Source: Eledone cirrhosa
Taxonomy: Eukaryota
DNA: 64,000 nt
Assembly (NCBI GenBank): GCA_964016885.1
Contig: OZ024742.1
Coordinates: 38,192,001 to 38,256,000 of the forward strand
Direction: 5' to 3'
The position numbers and the translations under genes are program-made. Of the stretch, positions 58,601-64,000 are shown one piece after another (positions within the stretch are counted from its first letter, which is position 1; each line of letters opens with the position of its first letter). Below the pieces are notes generated by a model. It was not told the DNA's origin, did not search any database, and was given only the letters and a program-made list of their open reading frames with translations.

Positions 58601-59126
58601 AGCTAAGAGAGAGGGGGAGGGGGGGGGAGATGGATGTAGGTATTGGGGTGGCTGACCGCAGGCCCTCGTGAAGTAGATGGAGGGGGTATTTAGATAAAGA
58701 AGTAAGAACCAGTTAGCTAGTCTTTGTTACCCTTGTGGCAAATAAAAATTATTATCGTGTGTATGGATGATGACCGTTGGGTAAAGAAGTGCCAAGAAAT
58801 CCCAGTGGAAGGAAATTGCAGTAGGAAACCAAGGGAGACTTGGACAGAGGTTGTGAGAACTGATCCCAAATCACTGAAGCTCACAGAAGAGATGGCAAAG
58901 GACTATGATAGGTGGAGAGGGCCCATCAACCCATGCAAGCATGGAAGAGCAGACATAAAAATGGAGATGGTGATGATGTTCCTATTTCATGGATTGCTAG
59001 AATTGATAGAAATGGCAGAATGTTTTGTGGGACTTAGTTATGACCGTGTTCAAACCCTACCAAGGTCAACTTTGCCTTTCATCTTTCTTGAATCAGTAAA
59101 ATAAAATACCAGTAATGTACTGGGCT

Positions 59127-59293
59127 CAGTGCCAGATTTACCATTGTGCTTAGGTGTGCTTAAGCACAAGGCCCCGTTGGCCAGAGGAGGCCCATCTTCT
59201 TACAAAAAAAGTGTTTTACTTCCTTCAGGGCCCAAGTAAGGGGCTTCATAATTTAATTAGTACAGAGCCTCATTTGTCCTAAATCCAGCACTC
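59127..59293. mobile_element. hAT MITE with 8-bp TSD, inserted in a SINE
   Basis: actgggct|cagtgccagattta ... taaatccagcactc|actgggct. Confidence 0.88.
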
Positions 59294-61177
59294 ACTGGGC
59301 TCCATTTAATCAACTTTCCCCTCCAATCCAAATTGCTAACATTATGCCTTAATTAGAAGCCATTTCTTTATCCGCCAAAACAACATAAAATTGAACATCA
59401 GCACAAGACAGGACTGGTTTTCAGTCAGATTGCATTATGTGATGATAGTGCTTTCTTTAACCTACACTATTGACTGTTGTCCCTTTCACTTTTCCCCTAC
59501 ATCAACAACCTATATGCTAGCACCTCCAACAATGTCTACTCCAATGCAAATGATATGACTCTTCATTTCCCCATATATTTTCACACCCAAGTGCACTAGT
59601 GAATTGGGAAGGGGATGCAGCCAGGGCCCTCAATATTTGGCTGCCATAAATAATAAGCAAGGGTCTTTATTGAAATGTTCAACGAAGGACTTCATGCAAG
59701 CTAATCCATCCCTGCCCAAGCTTCATCCACATACAACCTAACCTTTTAGCATTTACATTATTCTATATTTACTATTGTATTTTCACAGTAAAGGCTTTAC
59801 CTCACATAATATCGAATCTGAGATTTTGATATTATTTATTTTGAGAACAATACCATAACATCAGTATTTGAGTGGCCAGTTATGGCCGGTTGGAACTGAA
59901 AGCAGTGAGAGAATTCTGGCCAGATACTGCCGGTTTAAATGCTAAAAAGTTAAATAACCCATGCCAAACCCGCACTAACTCCACACTAATCTTATCTCCT
60001 TCAACAATACAAAGACAATCACTACACATCAAGAAACCTTTACCACACCACTAAACATAACAACACACAACTAAAGTCTACTTACTACAAATGCAATGCC
60101 TCACTTATTATCATCACTGTTTAACATCCTTTCTTTTTCATGCTTACACAGGTTGGATGGGTTCTCACAAACAAGTTAGCACCCAATCACGAGTGATCTT
60201 TCTTGGTGAACACACATCCTCAACATAGCAATGACTGCATCCCATAGATTGTCCATCTTCTTCAGATTCAACAGTTACTAAACCTTCCCAAAACTCAGGT
60301 AAGCACCTAATGGAGTAAAAAGAAATGGTAAAGAGGACTTAACCCTTGATGAAATCATAAGGGTGCTGTCCTGTTACATGGCGTGTTTGAGCATTTAAAA
60401 CTTGGCAGAGCCCATCCCTCTCCATGTCAGAACACAGCCAATTTTTTCCATTGCGAGAGAGAGAATAAGGGGAACCAACACCAGTATTGGCCTGATACTT
60501 TTTATTGACCATGAGAAGATGAAAGGCAAGCAGGATTTGAATTCAGAGAACAATTAACCGGAACAAATACAGAGGCATTTTTAATCCAACGCTCTAATGA
60601 TTGCCAATTTATATCCTTCACAATGAAGTACCACTTGCTAATCTGGGATGGTGCTGTTGCTGCACAAACACAGACATCTTAGACTGCATCCAAAGAGGCT
60701 ATTCAACTAATTTATATGAAATCACTAACCAACATACACCAACCTGACTCACGGATGTGTTGTCATCTCTCTCTTTTCTACTATTATTACAGTGGTCTAG
60801 TGTCATCTCTATTTGAAACCCAGTGTTTCCTCTCACTTTGCCCCAACCCTACACTAACCACCACTCCTAGAATGTTAACTCCCTAGAATTACCTGCAGCC
60901 ATCAACTGGAATTCAATCTCATTGGTCTTGGAGCCAGTGAAGGCCTAGGGTACAGCCTCTTCTGTCAATATATATATAATTTAGAATTGGATGACAAAAT
61001 GCTAAACAGTACTATGAAAAATAAGAATAAACATGCAAGAAGCAGGTGAGTTTCAAACCCACATATCCTTGTTGAAATCTCAAGGTATCAACATGATTCT
61101 GTATGTGTATTCTGTATGTGTATTCTTAAGGTTAGCAAGTTTCATTTCATTCAAAAATATGCATATGTATATATACA

Positions 61178-61216
<39 letters not shown>

Positions 61217-61589
61217 TATAATCACCATCATTTAACGTCCTTTTTTTTACGCTAGCATGAGTTAGACAGGTTGCCTCGATGAGACAAGCCAGGTCCAATG
61301 ACAATGACTTTCTCATACAGTACTTGTTTTGGCTTGATTTTTACAGCTAAATGCCCTTCCTAACACCAACCATGTTTACAGTGTATAATGGGTGCTTTTT
61401 GTCGTGACACCTACGTGACCACTTTACAGTGTGGGCTGGGCACTTTGTGCCGTGACACCCACGCGACCACTTTACAGTGTGGGCTGGGCGCTTTTTGTCA
61501 TGACACCTATGCGACCACTTTACATGTGGAGTGAACACTTTTTGTTGCAACGCCTACATGACCACTTGACTGTGTGTGTGTATATATAT

Positions 61590-61881
61590 AAAAGGGATAA
61601 GTTGTGGTGTGCAGGAGAGAAGGCTGAGATGGTATGGACATGTGATGCGCATGGAGGATGACCGATGGGTGAAGAAGTGCCAGGAAGTCCCAGTGGAGGG
61701 AAGACGCAGTAGCGGTAGACCACGAAAAACATGGGCGGAGGTGGTGAGAGCAGACCTCAGATCGCTGAAACTCACCGAGGAGATGACGAAGGACCGTGAC
61801 AAGTGGAGAGATGCTGTGCTGAATAGGACCCGTCCAACCCTTGCAAGCAGGGAAAAGCGGATGTAAAATGATGATGATGAT
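61590..61881 (+). mobile_element. Short young RTE 3' fragment
   Basis: ORF 61576-61866 VQERRLRWYGHVMRM...GRPRKTW followed by a (GAT)n tail. Confidence 0.85.
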
Positions 61882-64000
61882 ACACACACAGGGAAATTCC
61901 TAGTTTCTGGCATGTTTACATGACTACATATTAAAAATATGTATATTTATATACAGATATAATTTTATCATACACATTAGCTGCTTATTGTACTACTTAA
62001 TATGCATTTTAATTAACTACCAGCATGAACACTAATTATATGCAAATTAGTAATCCCATTTCAGAATATTACTAAGAGCAAATGAGTATATAATCCTATC
62101 AAATGTTTTCTTGTGGTTGATTATATGATATACATGCTTCCAACTAGGTCGGAAAATCAAAGGTGTTTATCATTTCATTATTTTTTCAAGTTACAGTGAA
62201 ATTCGTATTTTCTGTCATGTTTATATGTCAAGATATTTTTTTAAATGTGTGTATTTAAATACACATTGGGTCAGTCTCAGTTAACCACTCTGTATACAGA
62301 TATAACTTTATAATTGTTTCTACTTTGGGCACAAGGCCAGCAATTAGCCCAGTGTATTACTGGTACTTTATTTTATCGACCCCTTAAGGATGAAAGGCAA
62401 AGTTAACCTCGGCGAACTTTGAACTCAGACCATAAAGGACCGTAACTCTTTGCTGCAAAGCATGGTGTCCGACTCTCTACCGATACTGCCAATCCACCGC
62501 CCTTATAACTTTATAATATATATGAGACAGCGAAGTCTTTGTGGTATTCGTTTCGGCTCTCTAGTTCTTGGGTCGATTCTTCTTCTCACTCTCTGGAAGA
62601 AATCTGTATTCAAACCTGAAGAGATAGGCCCAACCAAGTTTAAATATGCCCCAAGAAACGCCGTCAATATGGCGCTCCTAGGATTCCCTCAGGAGTTACG
62701 AGTTCATACATACATATATCATATACATGTATTCAGGGGCTTCGTTTGCCTTAAAGATGTGAGGGAGACAAACCAACATTTGTTATTAAAGGAGCATGTA
62801 TTACTTATGGTGCCTTTCCTGGACCCTATCACATAAGTAAAGTTTTACACTAATTAAATTTTATATACTCAAATGAAGTTAGGATATAACAAAAATAAGC
62901 TTAAAAAGAATTTATTATATCAAATATACAAAAAATTAAACATAGACGTTTGAAAAAAATGGAGGGGGGGGGGGGGGTTGTCCCCTGAAACAAGGCCACT
63001 GCATACAATATATGTTCAGTTTTGAGAAGCTGGGCTGCTAACAAGATTCTTCTCACTGATGGTAGCTCACTATACCGGTGTATCAAGTGATGCTTGTGAA
63101 AGTACTTAGATATTCCAGTGTCTTAGCCTCGCTATTACCTACAGCGAGCGCGTTGGCTTACCTCTGAAATTATTAGAGGGAAACCCCGGCGCCTCGTGAT
63201 TGAGCGTATATGTCTTCTACCTCCTTTCCCTACTCTTTTGTATACAAATTGTATTTGTATGCATTCTATTGAAATACACTTTGTAGGTTTTTTCTTAAAA
63301 AAGGAATATTCACATAAAATGTTCAAATTCAGACAGGAAATAAAAGAAACAAACGAATGAAACAAATATCCAGTAGTAATTTCGCGCCCCCGAATTCACT
63401 TACATAACATTTTTGGCTATCACACATATACATCTACGCCAATAATTACTGTTAGAACATAAAGACCGTGTGACATTATGATTTAATTAAAATTTGTTGA
63501 ATAAAATTTATTTTATAAATAAGACTCTCCTTCCATATCCAATGTATGTATTAACATTCAGCAGTCACATTACCGAAGGATCTCTTGTGCCACGTACTTT
63601 GAAATAATATATGCTAATTTCCTTTCTATATTTAGTCGTGTTTTTTTTAAGCCAGAATATGAAGAAAACAACGAATGAGCTATGTAAAAAAAAAAGACGC
63701 TACTCTCTCATCTCCAATTTACAAAGTGAAGAACAGTAGTGATATAGTTAAGACAGGTGACGGACTAACTACTTCTAATGAAGAACACACTAGCAGAGTG
63801 ATGATGATACCGAAATTAACCACATGTTCATAGCTTCTTATGCTAACATGTGTTCGTGTGTTTGGTGGCATTTGCCAATTTTTTAACTCTTTATACCAAC
63901 CCGGCACAAAACCGTCTCTGGTTCTATGAAACAAAACCACTCATTTACAGGGTTTCTATTTAAATTAAAACTTCCAAAATAATTTTATAAGAAACATTTG

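Noticed and set aside
62615-62675. CTGAAGA...GAAACGCCGTC hammerhead-like string
   Set aside because: Stems I and II do not close, and apparent family copies at ~26100-26170 and ~44080-44145 do not keep the core.

Overview
AT-rich, repeat-dense eukaryotic DNA. The repeat content (RTE LINEs with (GAT)n tails, Meta/MESC-like tRNA SINEs, C2H2 zinc-finger array, very long (TA)n tracts) suggests an octopod cephalopod; this is inference only. There is one intact host gene, an ELOVL6-like fatty-acid elongase with an intronless CDS (36556-37407, minus), and one disabled C2H2 zinc-finger gene (5374-6542, minus). The rest is mostly transposable elements: a young CR1-like LINE split by a young RTE LINE (7-bp TSD), a near full-length RTE, a second CR1 copy, mariner and Gypsy relics, many MITEs/SINEs, and a 5.4-kb sectored microsatellite holding a 481-bp foldback. 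Two things stand out. (1) Several small non-coding elements in or beside (TA)n tracts carry hammerhead-ribozyme cores, often in inverted-repeat geometry; the best cases are a ~410-bp TIR-bounded element at 52.0-52.7 kb and a near-complete type I hammerhead at 40.2 kb. (2) The CR1-like LINE has a G GGA AAC slippery heptamer directly before its ORF1 stop, with an AUG-less ORF2 in the -1 frame. All calls were read by eye without alignments or folding software; boundaries of degenerate repeats are approximate.
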